DNA of 64,000 nt from Clostridia bacterium. GTDB lineage: Bacteria > Bacillota > Clostridia > Christensenellales > Borkfalkiaceae. The notes beneath the pieces were generated by a model. That model did no database searches. It was not told the DNA's origin and was given only the letters and a program-made list of their open reading frames with translations. The stretch spans positions 5,617 through 69,616 of the forward strand of contig JAFYTO010000009.1 in the NCBI GenBank assembly GCA_017558825.1, read 5' to 3'. Each line of letters begins with the position of its first letter. Within the stretch, counting starts at the first letter, position 1. Below are positions 53,412 to 62,797 of the stretch, in pieces. The position numbers and the translations under genes are program-made.

Positions 53412-54869
53412 TTAGCGTTGTTTTTTATTTTTTCTTTTTTCTTTTAATGCTAATTTTTGCGCTTTTAAATATGCGCGTTTTTCAGCACTAGTCATAACAA
53501 TAGGGCTTTTTGTAGGCTCATCTACTGCTGATTTAATAGAGTAATAAACGTATTTATTAGCGACTTTTACAGGTTTATTTACAAATTTTAAGTAATTTTC
53601 ACTAATATTTTCAGTTAAATCAATAGTAATTTTGCCAACTGCAAATGCAGGAAGTTCGTAAATTTTAGAAGTCATACATTCGCTATAACTAGCGTATGGA
53701 TTTATGTAGTTTTTCTTCCTTAACATTTTTGCTATTTTACGCCTTACTTTATTTTCACGTTTAACGCGTTTAAAGTTAAAGTAGTTGAATAGGTATGTAA
53801 TGAATAAAACTCTATTTTTAAATTTGGCAAGTAATTTTAATTTGCGTTTTAAAAGCCTTAATTGAAGTCTATAATTTTTATCGCCAATTTCGCAAGTTAT
53901 TAAATCGCAAATAATAATTGAGTTTTTGCCTAATTTAGTAACGTATGGTAAAAGTTTTTTAAATGATTTTTTATTAATTTCTGCTGATAAATTATAATAG
54001 TCAACCTTTAATTTTGTAGCCGTTTCAAACGCAATAGAAAGCGATGGTTTATCAATTTCGCTTGCAGCCAAACCGTTACTGCCTAAAAATACAATATTTT
54101 TAGAAGGCATTTCGTACACTTGTGGAATTTCAGTTAAACCCTCAACTCCAACAAATAATACGTTGCGTGTAGGAAGTAATATACGAACTACGTTGTTTGC
54201 AAAACCTTTATTAGCCTTTTTAGCGTCTTTTTTAGAAACTTTTTTAGGAACGGCTGGAATAAGGGATTTTTCAAAAACGTATTCTAAAACCTCATCATCC
54301 TTTATAATAAGCGAATAATCTTTGCCAGCAAAGTAATTTCCAAAGTAAACTTCTACTTGTGCAGGGGATTGACCGTTTAAAAGTTTAAGTTTAATGCTAA
54401 CCGTATCTGAAACGAGTTTAAATCTTAACTCTGTGCCGAGTGAAAGGTCGTTGAAAGTTTTATACGGTTCAAGAACGCTTTCTTTAAGAGTATCTTCTTC
54501 AGTTTGCTCTACTTCTTCAGCCTCGTTTTCTTCTTGAATTTCTTCACTCTCTGTTTCATCTTGAACTTCTTCAGTTTCGCTGTCTTGAATTTCTTCTATT
54601 GCTTCAGGTTCAGCGTTTTCAGCAGGTTCTAAAACGTCAGCTTGTTCGGCATCGTTTACTTCTAAAGCTTCATTTATGTTATTGGCATTTTCTTCAAAGT
54701 TAGGAATAGTTTCTTTGTTAGAAACAGTTACTTTGTTTTTATTTTTGCCTGAAGACTTTTGAAATAAAACGTCATCATCAAAACGGCTAAGTAAATAATT
54801 GCCGTCTTCATCTTTTTTCATTAAATTTACGTTGTGAAAATAAATGTTATTGTAATACATAAAATACAC
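53412..54869 (-). CDS. Hypothetical protein with a roughly 65-aa poly-acidic insert and a basic C-terminus
   Basis: 485-aa ORF. The acidic tract is EQADVLEPAENAEPEAIEEIQDSETEEVQDETESEEIQEENEAEEVEQTEED. The C-terminus is KRAYLKAQKLALKEKRKNKKQR. No family was recognised. Confidence 0.55.
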   Translation of the reverse strand: MYFMYYNNIYFHNVNLMKKDEDGNYLLSRFDDDVLFQKSSGKNKNKVTVSNKETIPNFEENANNINEALEVNDAEQADVLEPAENAEPEAIEEIQDSETEEVQDETESEEIQEENEAEEVEQTEEDTLKESVLEPYKTFNDLSLGTELRFKLVSDTVSIKLKLLNGQSPAQVEVYFGNYFAGKDYSLIIKDDEVLEYVFEKSLIPAVPKKVSKKDAKKANKGFANNVVRILLPTRNVLFVGVEGLTEIPQVYEMPSKNIVFLGSNGLAASEIDKPSLSIAFETATKLKVDYYNLSAEINKKSFKKLLPYVTKLGKNSIIICDLITCEIGDKNYRLQLRLLKRKLKLLAKFKNRVLFITYLFNYFNFKRVKRENKVRRKIAKMLRKKNYINPYASYSECMTSKIYELPAFAVGKITIDLTENISENYLKFVNKPVKVANKYVYYSIKSAVDEPTKSPIVMTSAEKRAYLKAQKLALKEKRKNKKQR

Positions 54870-54986
54870 CTTTTAATTATAATATCACAAAAAATACTAT
54901 TTGTAAATAGTGTTAAAGTCGCTTTTTGTAGTTTTTTAATATAAATATTAAAATGGTGTAGCCTTTTGTAAGGCCACACCAATTTT

Positions 54987-55961
54987 TTAACGCTCTTCTC
55001 TAAAGTAGTTTACGCCAAGTGATGCAGGCGGTTGTGCCTTTTTAGAGCCCGTTATGCTTATGCCAAGTAATACTAAAATTGTTACTACGTAAGGTATAAG
55101 TTCAATTGCCTTTTTAATAGCCGTTTGAGCAGTAATTGCCGCAACGATATTAGTGTTAGGTAAGATGTATAACGCGCCGAATAAAATTGAGCCGAATATT
55201 GCAAGGTTTGGTTTCCAAAGTGTAAAGATAACGAGAGCAATAGAAAGCCAACCAAGTGATTCCATTATATAATAACTGTCGTAGCCACCTTGAATATAGT
55301 CTAATATAAAGAAGCAACCTGCAAGGCCTGCAATGCCAGAGCCAAGTAAAATTGCCGTATATTTGTATTGGTCAACTTTAATACCAACTGCGTCTGCCGC
55401 GGCAGGGTTTTCACCAACTGCGCGTAAGCGAAGACCTACTTTTGTATTCTTTAAAATAACCGCCGTTACAATGGCAATAGCAATAGCAAGGTAAACGAGT
55501 ATTCCGTGTGATAAGAATATTTCACCAAACCAACCAAGGCTACTTGCAAAAGGAAGGCTGTATTTAAAAAGTGTTGAAGCCGTTGAAATTAAACCGATTT
55601 CAACAAAGTTTTTCATAATAAATTGGGTTAAGCCCGTGCTAAACGTTGTTAAGGCAAGACCTGTAATGTTTTGGTTACATTTAAGTGAAACCGTTAAAAA
55701 CGCGTAAATTGCGCCCATTAAACTTGCAACTATAAACGCGCTAACTACTGCAATTAAAATAAGTAACACGTAGTTAGGCGTAGCGCCGTTAAGTGCTTTC
55801 ATATAAAGCGTAACGCCAAGTGAGCCACCCGCACCGCCTGCACAAATAATGCCAGGAATACCAAGGTTTAAGTGGCCGGACTTTTCAGTAATAATTTCGC
55901 CCGTGCAACCAAAAAGGAAGAAAGGCATAAATCTAATTGCACTTACTAAAACTGCTAACAT
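54987..55961 (-). CDS. ABC transporter permease (BMP/nucleoside-type, NupQ/RnsD-like)
   Basis: Polytopic ORF. The ATG at 55961 is preceded by AAGGAGGG. It is the last gene of the BMP-type ABC operon. Confidence 0.8.
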   Translation of the reverse strand: MLAVLVSAIRFMPFFLFGCTGEIITEKSGHLNLGIPGIICAGGAGGSLGVTLYMKALNGATPNYVLLILIAVVSAFIVASLMGAIYAFLTVSLKCNQNITGLALTTFSTGLTQFIMKNFVEIGLISTASTLFKYSLPFASSLGWFGEIFLSHGILVYLAIAIAIVTAVILKNTKVGLRLRAVGENPAAADAVGIKVDQYKYTAILLGSGIAGLAGCFFILDYIQGGYDSYYIMESLGWLSIALVIFTLWKPNLAIFGSILFGALYILPNTNIVAAITAQTAIKKAIELIPYVVTILVLLGISITGSKKAQPPASLGVNYFREER

Positions 55962-55962
55962 T

Positions 55963-57135
55963 TTACTCACCCTCCTTTTCATTTTCGTTCAATGGTTTTT
56001 TCTTTTTAAAGATATTTGCAAAAAACGCTTTAATTTTGTTAAGTTTTGCGGTTACTTGTGGGTTAAACACTATTTTATATTGAATAAAGAAAGCGCACGC
56101 AATAATAAAGAAGTAAACAATACCAATTACCAAGTTAGAAATTGTATCGTCAAGCATACCAAAGTTTGGTCTAACTTTTTGCATGCCTTTTGTAACGAAT
56201 ACAACTAAACCGCAAGTTGCTATTGCAAAAAGTGGGTTACAGTTAGCAAGCCAAGTTGTCATAATAGCGGTAAAACCACGGTTTGCAGCCGTATCTGCGC
56301 TAATACTGTTAGATGTGCCACTCGTTAAAAGTAAGCCTACTAAACCGCAAATTGCGCCAGATAAAATTAAAGTTCTAATAATTACTTTTTTAACGTTAAT
56401 GCCAATGTATTTTGCCGTATTTTGACTGTCGCCAACAACGGAAAGTTCATAGCCGTGTTTTGAGTATTTTAAGTAAATTGTAATAATTGTTGTAATAAGT
56501 ATGCCAAATAAAATAATTAACAAATACTTATTTCCAAGTTCAGGAAGTTTACCGTTTGCAAGCGGATTTAAAATACCCGAGCCACCTTTTACCCAAATTG
56601 CTATAAACAAGTTTACTAAACCTGCCGCAATATAGTTAAGCATTAAAGTAAAGAGTGATTCGTTTGTATTCCAAAGCGCTTTACAAATTGCCGGAATAAC
56701 CGCCCAAATTGCACCTGCTAAAATACTTGCAAAAACTTCAATAACTATTAAAAGCGTATCGTCAACTTTGCCGCCTAAATAGTATGAACAAGCAATGGCG
56801 GCTAAACCGCCCATTAAAATTTGACCGTTACCACCCAAGTTCCAAAACTTCATTTTAAATGAAACTATAAGTGCCATAGAAACTGCTAATAAAATAGCAA
56901 ATTCTTGTAAGAAAAGCCAAAATAAACGGGTAGTGCCAAAGCAACCTTCAAAAAGTGAAGAGAAGAATTTGATTACGTCGCCACGCGTTGAAACGAGCGA
57001 ACAAATAATTGCACCAAGTAAAAGGGACGCTACAATTGCTATTGCGTAAATAGCAATTTTTTTGCCAAGAGTTATATTATCTCTCTTTACAATGTGTAAA
57101 AGGGGTTCGCGTACTGTTTTTGTATTATTAGTCAT
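55963..57135 (-). CDS. ABC transporter permease (BMP/nucleoside-type, NupP/RnsC-like)
   Basis: Polytopic ORF. The ATG at 57135 (MTNNTKTV) is preceded by GGGGGA and overlaps the ATPase stop. Confidence 0.8.
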   Translation of the reverse strand: MTNNTKTVREPLLHIVKRDNITLGKKIAIYAIAIVASLLLGAIICSLVSTRGDVIKFFSSLFEGCFGTTRLFWLFLQEFAILLAVSMALIVSFKMKFWNLGGNGQILMGGLAAIACSYYLGGKVDDTLLIVIEVFASILAGAIWAVIPAICKALWNTNESLFTLMLNYIAAGLVNLFIAIWVKGGSGILNPLANGKLPELGNKYLLIILFGILITTIITIYLKYSKHGYELSVVGDSQNTAKYIGINVKKVIIRTLILSGAICGLVGLLLTSGTSNSISADTAANRGFTAIMTTWLANCNPLFAIATCGLVVFVTKGMQKVRPNFGMLDDTISNLVIGIVYFFIIACAFFIQYKIVFNPQVTAKLNKIKAFFANIFKKKKPLNENEKEGE

Positions 57136-58741
57136 TGTCGTTATCCCCCATATTTTCATTTTTTAAGTGTTCTTGTTGCCACTCTTCTTCAGTTAAGTTA
57201 CTGTCTTTTGCTTTGCCGTATTCTTTATTCTTAATTTCACTTAAGTCAAGTGAGCCCGTCATCATAAGGCCAAGTTCTTCTTTATTAGTCTTTTTAGCGT
57301 GAACTATACCCATATTCTTGCCGTGGCAAAGAACCATAATCTTGTCGCAAAGGGCAAGCATAACGTCTAAGTCTTCACCTATAAATAAAATGCCAGTGCC
57401 GTTTGCCTTTTGGTCGTTTAATATATTGTATATAGCGTAGGATGAGTTAATATCAAGTCCGCGTACAGGGTAGGCGGTTACAATTACGTTTGGCGAAGAT
57501 TCAATTTCTCTACCAACTAAAACCTTTTGTACGTTACCGCCTGATAAACGCCTTACAGGCGTTTCAGTTGACGGAGTTACAATTTCAAGTTTTTTAATTA
57601 ACTCTTCCGCATTTTTTCTTGCAGTTTTTCTATCAACGAATATGCCTTTATTATTGTTATAGGTTTTAAGCATCATATTGTCAGTTATTGAAAAGTTTGG
57701 TGCTAAACCCATACCAAGTCTATCTTCAGGAATAAAACTCATTGATATGCCTTTTTCAATAATTTGTTTAGCAGGTAAGCCAACAATGCTTTCGCCCTTA
57801 TGGCAAATTGCACCGCTTTCAATTTTCCTTAAACCTGCAATTGCTTCACAAAGTTCTTTTTGACCGCAACCTGCAATACCTGCAACACCTAAAATTTCGC
57901 CGCCACGGATATAAAAACTTACGTCTTCAATCTTTTTAGACCCGTCGTCGCCTTTAATATTTAAGTTTCTTAATTCAAGTAAAGGTTTGTCAAAGTCCGT
58001 TTCAGTCCTTTCAATTTTAAGGTCTATTTTTTTACCAACCATCATTTCCGTAAGTTGCTTTTCGTTAGTGTTTGACGTTTCAACCGTGTCAACGTATTCG
58101 CCTTTTCTTAAAATGGCAACTCTGTCGGAAATTTCCATAACTTCGTTAAGTTTATGAGTGATTATAATAATTGATTTACCGTCTTCACGCATTTTTCTTA
58201 AAACGTCAAAGAGTTTTTTAGTTTCTTGCGGAGTTAAAACGGCGGTAGGTTCGTCAAGTATTAAAATGTCAGCTCCTCTATACAAAACTTTAATAATTTC
58301 AACCGTTTGCTTTTCGGAAACAGCCATATTGTAGATATATTTTTTTGCATCTATTTCAAAACCGTATTTTGAAGCAATTTCTTCAACACGGGAATTTACT
58401 TTTTTAAGATTAAATTTTTCATTTATGCCCAAAACAATATTTTCGGCAGCGGTAAACACGTCAACAAGTTTAAAGTGTTGGTGTATCATACCTATTTTAT
58501 ATTTGAACGCATCTTCAGGAGAAGAAATTACAACTTCTTTTCCATCAATAAAAATTTGACCTTCGTCCGGATAATAAATACCAGAAATCATATTCATAAG
58601 CGTGGTTTTACCAGAGCCGTTTTCGCCAAGAATAGATAAAATCTCGCCTTTTTTAAGCGTCAAATTCACGTTATTGTTGGCAACTACTTTGCCAAACGTT
58701 TTTGTAATATTTTTAAGTTCAAGGGCAACGCTATTATTCAC
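57128..58741 (-). CDS. ABC transporter ATP-binding protein with duplicated ATPase domains (nucleoside/sugar type)
   Basis: Two nucleotide-binding domains (Walker A GENGSGKTT in the first; LSGGNVQK signature in the second). The probable start is GTG 58741, 7 nt after GGGAGA. Confidence 0.85.
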   Translation of the reverse strand: MNNSVALELKNITKTFGKVVANNNVNLTLKKGEILSILGENGSGKTTLMNMISGIYYPDEGQIFIDGKEVVISSPEDAFKYKIGMIHQHFKLVDVFTAAENIVLGINEKFNLKKVNSRVEEIASKYGFEIDAKKYIYNMAVSEKQTVEIIKVLYRGADILILDEPTAVLTPQETKKLFDVLRKMREDGKSIIIITHKLNEVMEISDRVAILRKGEYVDTVETSNTNEKQLTEMMVGKKIDLKIERTETDFDKPLLELRNLNIKGDDGSKKIEDVSFYIRGGEILGVAGIAGCGQKELCEAIAGLRKIESGAICHKGESIVGLPAKQIIEKGISMSFIPEDRLGMGLAPNFSITDNMMLKTYNNNKGIFVDRKTARKNAEELIKKLEIVTPSTETPVRRLSGGNVQKVLVGREIESSPNVIVTAYPVRGLDINSSYAIYNILNDQKANGTGILFIGEDLDVMLALCDKIMVLCHGKNMGIVHAKKTNKEELGLMMTGSLDLSEIKNKEYGKAKDSNLTEEEWQQEHLKNENMGDNDND

Positions 58742-58803
58742 GATAGTTTCTCCCAAAATGTTTTTTGTTTGTAAATTTATTTTTTGTTTTAGTATTAAAA
58801 TAA

Positions 58804-58830
58804 TTGGGCGGAGCAATTAACTCCGCCCAA
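58804..58830 (-). terminator. Intra-operon hairpin (partial terminator/attenuator) after the binding-protein gene
   Basis: Stem TTGGGCGGAG / CTCCGCCCAA (58804-58813 / 58821-58830), followed on the minus strand by an A/T-rich stretch. Confidence 0.5.
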
Positions 58831-58846
58831 AGTTTTAGCTTAATAA

Positions 58847-60142
58847 TTAAGCAGCAGGTGAAACAACGTCAGCACCTACAGTGATACCATCAATGATAAG
58901 GTCAAAGTAAGGAGCAGAACGGAAGAATGATTCAGCAAAGAAAGTTTTGCCGCCTTCAGTCTTAACAACGTTAGTTTCGCCAAGGTAGTCACCAACGTCA
59001 ATAACGTCTGCATTGTAAGCGGTAAGGTGACCGTTTTGGTCAACGGTTGCGTTAGTATTAATACCGTCAAAAGCTTCAGTATTAGGATTGTCAGGAGTGA
59101 TAGTTACAGTGAATGTAGAGCAGTCAAATACTTTAATTTCGCCAGAAATAAGTTTTGCTTTAACTTCATCAAGTTTTGCTTGAGTACCAGGAGCAGCAGC
59201 ATCGCCAAGAGCAGTAATTTGAACAGAGCCGTTAGCTAAAGTACCGCAGTAGTCAGCTTGGATAGTAGCGCCTTCAGTTAAAACGCCATCAAGCATGTGT
59301 TCAAAGTATGGTTGCCAGTTGATTTTAGAAGCGATAACGAAAGTATCTTCTTCAGTTGTACCGTTGTAGAATACGTTAGGAATGTTAGAATTTTTACAAG
59401 CAGTAGGAACACCGTAAGAGTCAGCGTGGCCAGAAATAAGTTTAGCACCGCCTTGAATTAAAGCTTCAGCAGCTTGTTGTTCAGCAACAGGGTCATACCA
59501 GCTGTTAGTGAATCTAACTTCCATAGTAACGTTAGCTACGATAGATTTAACGCCAAGGTAGAAAGAAGTAAGACCAGACTTAACTTCTGCAAATGGCCAA
59601 GCACCAACGTAACCGATTTTTGCTTCATCGTTAGTAATGTCGTCACCGTATAAATCAATAAGTTTTAAACCGGCAGCAACACCTGCTAAATATCTACCTT
59701 CGTAGATAGAAGCGAATGCATTGTGGAAGTTTGCTGGAGCATCGTCAGTAGTGTCTTCAGTATTAGCAAAACCACCAGCAGTACCAGTAGCGTGGCAGAA
59801 TTGAGTGTTAGGGAATTCTCTTGCAGCTTGAATCATGTATTTTTCATGACCAAAAGAGTCAGCAAAGATTGCCTTGTAACCAGCATCAGCGAATTCTGCA
59901 GCTTTGTCATAGCATTCTTGACCTTCTGGAATATCAACCACTACAGTGTATTGGTCTTCAGTAAGGCCTTTTGCTTCACATGCAGCCTTAAATGCGTCAA
60001 TGAAGTTCTTGTCATAAGAAGAACCTTCACCGTGTAAGCAGATAAGAGCGGCAACTGGGTCAGTTTTCTTACATGCAGTAAAAAGGCTCATAGAACCAAA
60101 AGCCATAGTTACAGTGAGTAAGAAAGTTATAAATTTCTTCAT
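58847..60142 (-). CDS. BMP-family ABC transporter substrate-binding lipoprotein
   Basis: 431-aa ORF with signal peptide plus lipobox MKKFITFLLTVTMAFGSMSLFTAC and the BMP-type motif GYVGAWPFAEV. Confidence 0.8.
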   Translation of the reverse strand: MKKFITFLLTVTMAFGSMSLFTACKKTDPVAALICLHGEGSSYDKNFIDAFKAACEAKGLTEDQYTVVVDIPEGQECYDKAAEFADAGYKAIFADSFGHEKYMIQAAREFPNTQFCHATGTAGGFANTEDTTDDAPANFHNAFASIYEGRYLAGVAAGLKLIDLYGDDITNDEAKIGYVGAWPFAEVKSGLTSFYLGVKSIVANVTMEVRFTNSWYDPVAEQQAAEALIQGGAKLISGHADSYGVPTACKNSNIPNVFYNGTTEEDTFVIASKINWQPYFEHMLDGVLTEGATIQADYCGTLANGSVQITALGDAAAPGTQAKLDEVKAKLISGEIKVFDCSTFTVTITPDNPNTEAFDGINTNATVDQNGHLTAYNADVIDVGDYLGETNVVKTEGGKTFFAESFFRSAPYFDLIIDGITVGADVVSPAA

Positions 60143-60196
60143 AAAATTACCTCCTATACCTTTTCGGTATTTTTTGTTATTTAACGCAAAATGCGT

Positions 60197-60769
60197 TTAT
60201 TCCATAAATTCAATTTGGCCGTTTTCCATTTTTTTAATGCGGGCAAGGGAATACACGTCAATTCCAAGGTTCACAAGTTTTTGGTAACCGCCTTGATAAG
60301 TTTTTTCAACAGCACAGCTTATTCCTTTAACTTCGCCACCGGCTTGTTTAACAATATCAATTAAGCCAAGGCACGCGTTACCGTTAGCTAAAAAGTCATC
60401 TACAATTAACACTTTGTCATCTTTGCCTAAATATTCTTTAGAAACGATAATGGTATTTTCAGTTTTATGAGTGTAGGAATAGACTTTTGCAGAGTACACG
60501 TCAGGCGAAACGTTTAACGACTTATGTTTTTTGCCTACTAAAACCTTACAATCAAAAAATTGCGCTGTTAAACAAGCCAAACCTATGCCAGAAGCTTCAA
60601 CGGTTAAAATCTTGTTTATATCAGCGCTCTTAAAATGTTCGTAAATTTCTTTGCCAAGTCTATTTAAAAAGGCAACGTCCATTTGGTGGTTTAAAAAACA
60701 ATCCACCTTTAAAACGTCACCACTTAAAATTTTGCCTTCTTTTAAAATTTTTTCCTCAAGTAATCTCAT
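60197..60769 (-). CDS. xpt: Xanthine phosphoribosyltransferase
   Basis: 190-aa ORF. VLKVDCFLNHQMD and the PRPP motif VLIVDDFLANGNA align with Bacillus Xpt. Confidence 0.92.
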   Translation of the reverse strand: MRLLEEKILKEGKILSGDVLKVDCFLNHQMDVAFLNRLGKEIYEHFKSADINKILTVEASGIGLACLTAQFFDCKVLVGKKHKSLNVSPDVYSAKVYSYTHKTENTIIVSKEYLGKDDKVLIVDDFLANGNACLGLIDIVKQAGGEVKGISCAVEKTYQGGYQKLVNLGIDVYSLARIKKMENGQIEFME

Positions 60770-60794
60770 TTTTAGACCTTCCGCAAAGTGTAAT

Positions 60795-60917
60795 AAAAAA
60801 ATAAAAAAGCAAGTTTAGAAACTTGCCTTGCCAAAACTTACCACGATACTTCTTCAATAGTCGCAAACTGGGCGTTGCGGTAGAAACTTACGGGCCTAAA
60901 ATTCCGTAGATATATTG
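60795..60917 (-). promoter_or_regulatory. Purine riboswitch (guanine/xanthine class, C at the discriminator) with terminator expression platform
   Basis: The minus-strand aptamer is CAATATATCTACGGAATTTTAGGCCCGTAAGTTTCTACCGCAACGCCCAGTTTGCGACTATTG, with conserved AAGUUUCUACC and GACUAU. The terminator GCAAGTTTCTAAACTTGC plus a T-run lies at 60795..60826. Confidence 0.85.
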
Positions 60918-61104
60918 ACAAGTTATTTATTTATATACTTATTTTAAAGTATAAAATTGCGTTTGTCAACAATATTTTAAAAATAATTATATTATTTAAA
61001 ATATAACCTTAAATTGCCATTCGCCGTTTTACGAATTTATTTGACAAATTTTCTTTAAATACTTTAAAAATTTAGTGGTATATTTTTCTAAAAAGGTGAT
61101 ATGT

Positions 61105-61884
61105 ATGGCAAAAAAAATTGTAATAACTTCAGGTAAAGGTGGGGTTGGAAAAACAACGATTACGGCAAATTTAGGCTTCCAACTTGCACGAAAAGGCAAG
61201 CGCGTTTTGCTTGTTGACTGCGATTTTGGGCTTAACAATTTAGACGTTGTTGTTAGCATTGAAGATAGAATAGTTTTTGATATAATTGACGTTTTAGAAA
61301 ACAAGTGCAGAATAAAACAAGCTATTGTTGAAAGTCCTCTCAATCCAAATTTATTTATAATTCCTTGCACTCACAGCAGTATAAAAAGCACGGTTAGTAG
61401 TCAATCACTTAAACTTTCTTTAGAAAGTTTAGATGACGGTTTTGATTATATATTGCTAGATTGTCCTGCTGGTATTGATGCTGGTTTTCACCGTGCGGTA
61501 TCTATAGCAAGTGAGGCCCTTATTGTTACTGCACCGCTTATGACCAGTATAAGAGATGCAGATAAAGTTACGTCTATTTTGCGCAGTTACAAGTTGCCAA
61601 CGTACGCCGTTATAAATCGTATGCGCGGAGATTTGGTTTTGAACGGACAAATGTATTCTAACGAAGATATTTCAAATATATTAAAAGTTGATATTGTGGG
61701 CGTTATTCCCGATGATGACAGCGTTTTAAACGGCGTTGTAGAACTTAGTTATACAGCGCCTTATAAAGCCTTTTCACTTTTAGCTCAAACTATAATTAAA
61801 GGCAAGGGCAAAATTTACGATTATTTATCAAAGTATACAGGATTTTTTGGAAGCATAAGAAAGGAACTTAAAAAGAGGTTATGA
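61105..61884 (+). CDS. minD: Septum site-determining ATPase MinD
   Basis: Deviant Walker A SGKGGVGKTT and DCDFGLNNLD. The ATG at 61105 is preceded by AAAGGTG; the ORF-track start at 61075 is upstream in frame. Confidence 0.9.
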   Translation: MAKKIVITSGKGGVGKTTITANLGFQLARKGKRVLLVDCDFGLNNLDVVVSIEDRIVFDIIDVLENKCRIKQAIVESPLNPNLFIIPCTHSSIKSTVSSQSLKLSLESLDDGFDYILLDCPAGIDAGFHRAVSIASEALIVTAPLMTSIRDADKVTSILRSYKLPTYAVINRMRGDLVLNGQMYSNEDISNILKVDIVGVIPDDDSVLNGVVELSYTAPYKAFSLLAQTIIKGKGKIYDYLSKYTGFFGSIRKELKKRL

Positions 61885-62105
61885 AAAATTTTAGAGCAAG
61901 GCTAAATAGCGTTATAGAAAGCGACAGGCTTATTATAAGCGGAGATATGTCAGAGTTAATTAGTTACGACTTAAAAAAGTTGCTTGACAATTATTTTAAT
62001 ACTGAAGGTCAGGTAAAAATAGAGGTGGAAGCATTAAAAGACAGTTATAAAATAACTGTAACTGCCATTGCGGAAAGTATTAAACCATTTGCTTTAATAA
62101 AGTAA
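61881..62105 (+). CDS. minE: Cell division topological specificity factor MinE (by size and position)
   Basis: 74-aa ORF overlapping the minD stop (ATGA), the typical minDE arrangement. Confidence 0.65.
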   Translation: MKNFRARLNSVIESDRLIISGDMSELISYDLKKLLDNYFNTEGQVKIEVEALKDSYKITVTAIAESIKPFALIK

Positions 62106-62212
62106 GGTGTTTTTACAAAATATATTTGTTTTGTTACTATAAAAAAGTGTCAAACAAAACACTTGATTATTTTTGCTTTTAGTATTAGAATATAAAAAAA
62201 GGAGATTTTATT

Positions 62213-62725
62213 ATGGATTTTAATAAGGTTTTAGAAAATAGATATTCAGTTCGCGATTTTAAAGACGTTATGGTTGAAGATGAGAAAATAGAAGAAATTT
62301 TAAACGCTGTAAAATACGCTCCAACGGCTAAAAATACGCAATGTCAAGAGATATATGTGTTAAAGAGTAAGGAAGCAATTGAAAAGATAAGGTCGGTTAC
62401 AAACAACGCGTTTAACGCTCCATTGGTGTTTATTACTTGTGCTAATTTAGAGAGGGAATGTCATTTAAAATACCCTGTAAGAAGTTTTAAAGAAACTGAC
62501 GTTTCAATAATTCAAACCTATATGATGCTTAAAGCTACTGAACTTGGGCTTGATAGTTGTTGGGTTTGTCGCTTTTTGCCAGAAGAGGTTAAAAAGGCGT
62601 TTGATATGCCGGATAACGTAGAGCCGTTAAACCTTTTATTGGTTGGTTATAGGGCTGACGGCGTAGAGCCTAATCCAAGGCATTTTGACAGGCTTAATAA
62701 AGAAGATTATGTTAAAATTATATAA
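62213..62725 (+). CDS. Nitroreductase-family protein
   Basis: 170-aa ORF with RYSVRDFKD and APTAKNTQ motifs. SD AAGGAG. Confidence 0.8.
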   Translation: MDFNKVLENRYSVRDFKDVMVEDEKIEEILNAVKYAPTAKNTQCQEIYVLKSKEAIEKIRSVTNNAFNAPLVFITCANLERECHLKYPVRSFKETDVSIIQTYMMLKATELGLDSCWVCRFLPEEVKKAFDMPDNVEPLNLLLVGYRADGVEPNPRHFDRLNKEDYVKII

Positions 62726-62742
62726 TATAAATATTATATAAC

Positions 62743-62780
62743 AAAAAAGGCAACGAACTAAATTCGTTGCCTTTTAATTT
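62743..62780. terminator. Bidirectional terminator between the nitroreductase gene and fba
   Basis: Stem AGGCAACGAA / TTCGTTGCCT (62748-62757 / 62763-62772), flanked by A6 and a T-rich run. Confidence 0.8.
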
Positions 62781-62797
62781 TAGATTATTTTACAATT

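Noticed and set aside
61029-61370. A 113-aa minus-strand ORF spanning the minD start region.
   Set aside because: It is antisense to the highly conserved MinD Walker A region and has no SD or family resemblance.
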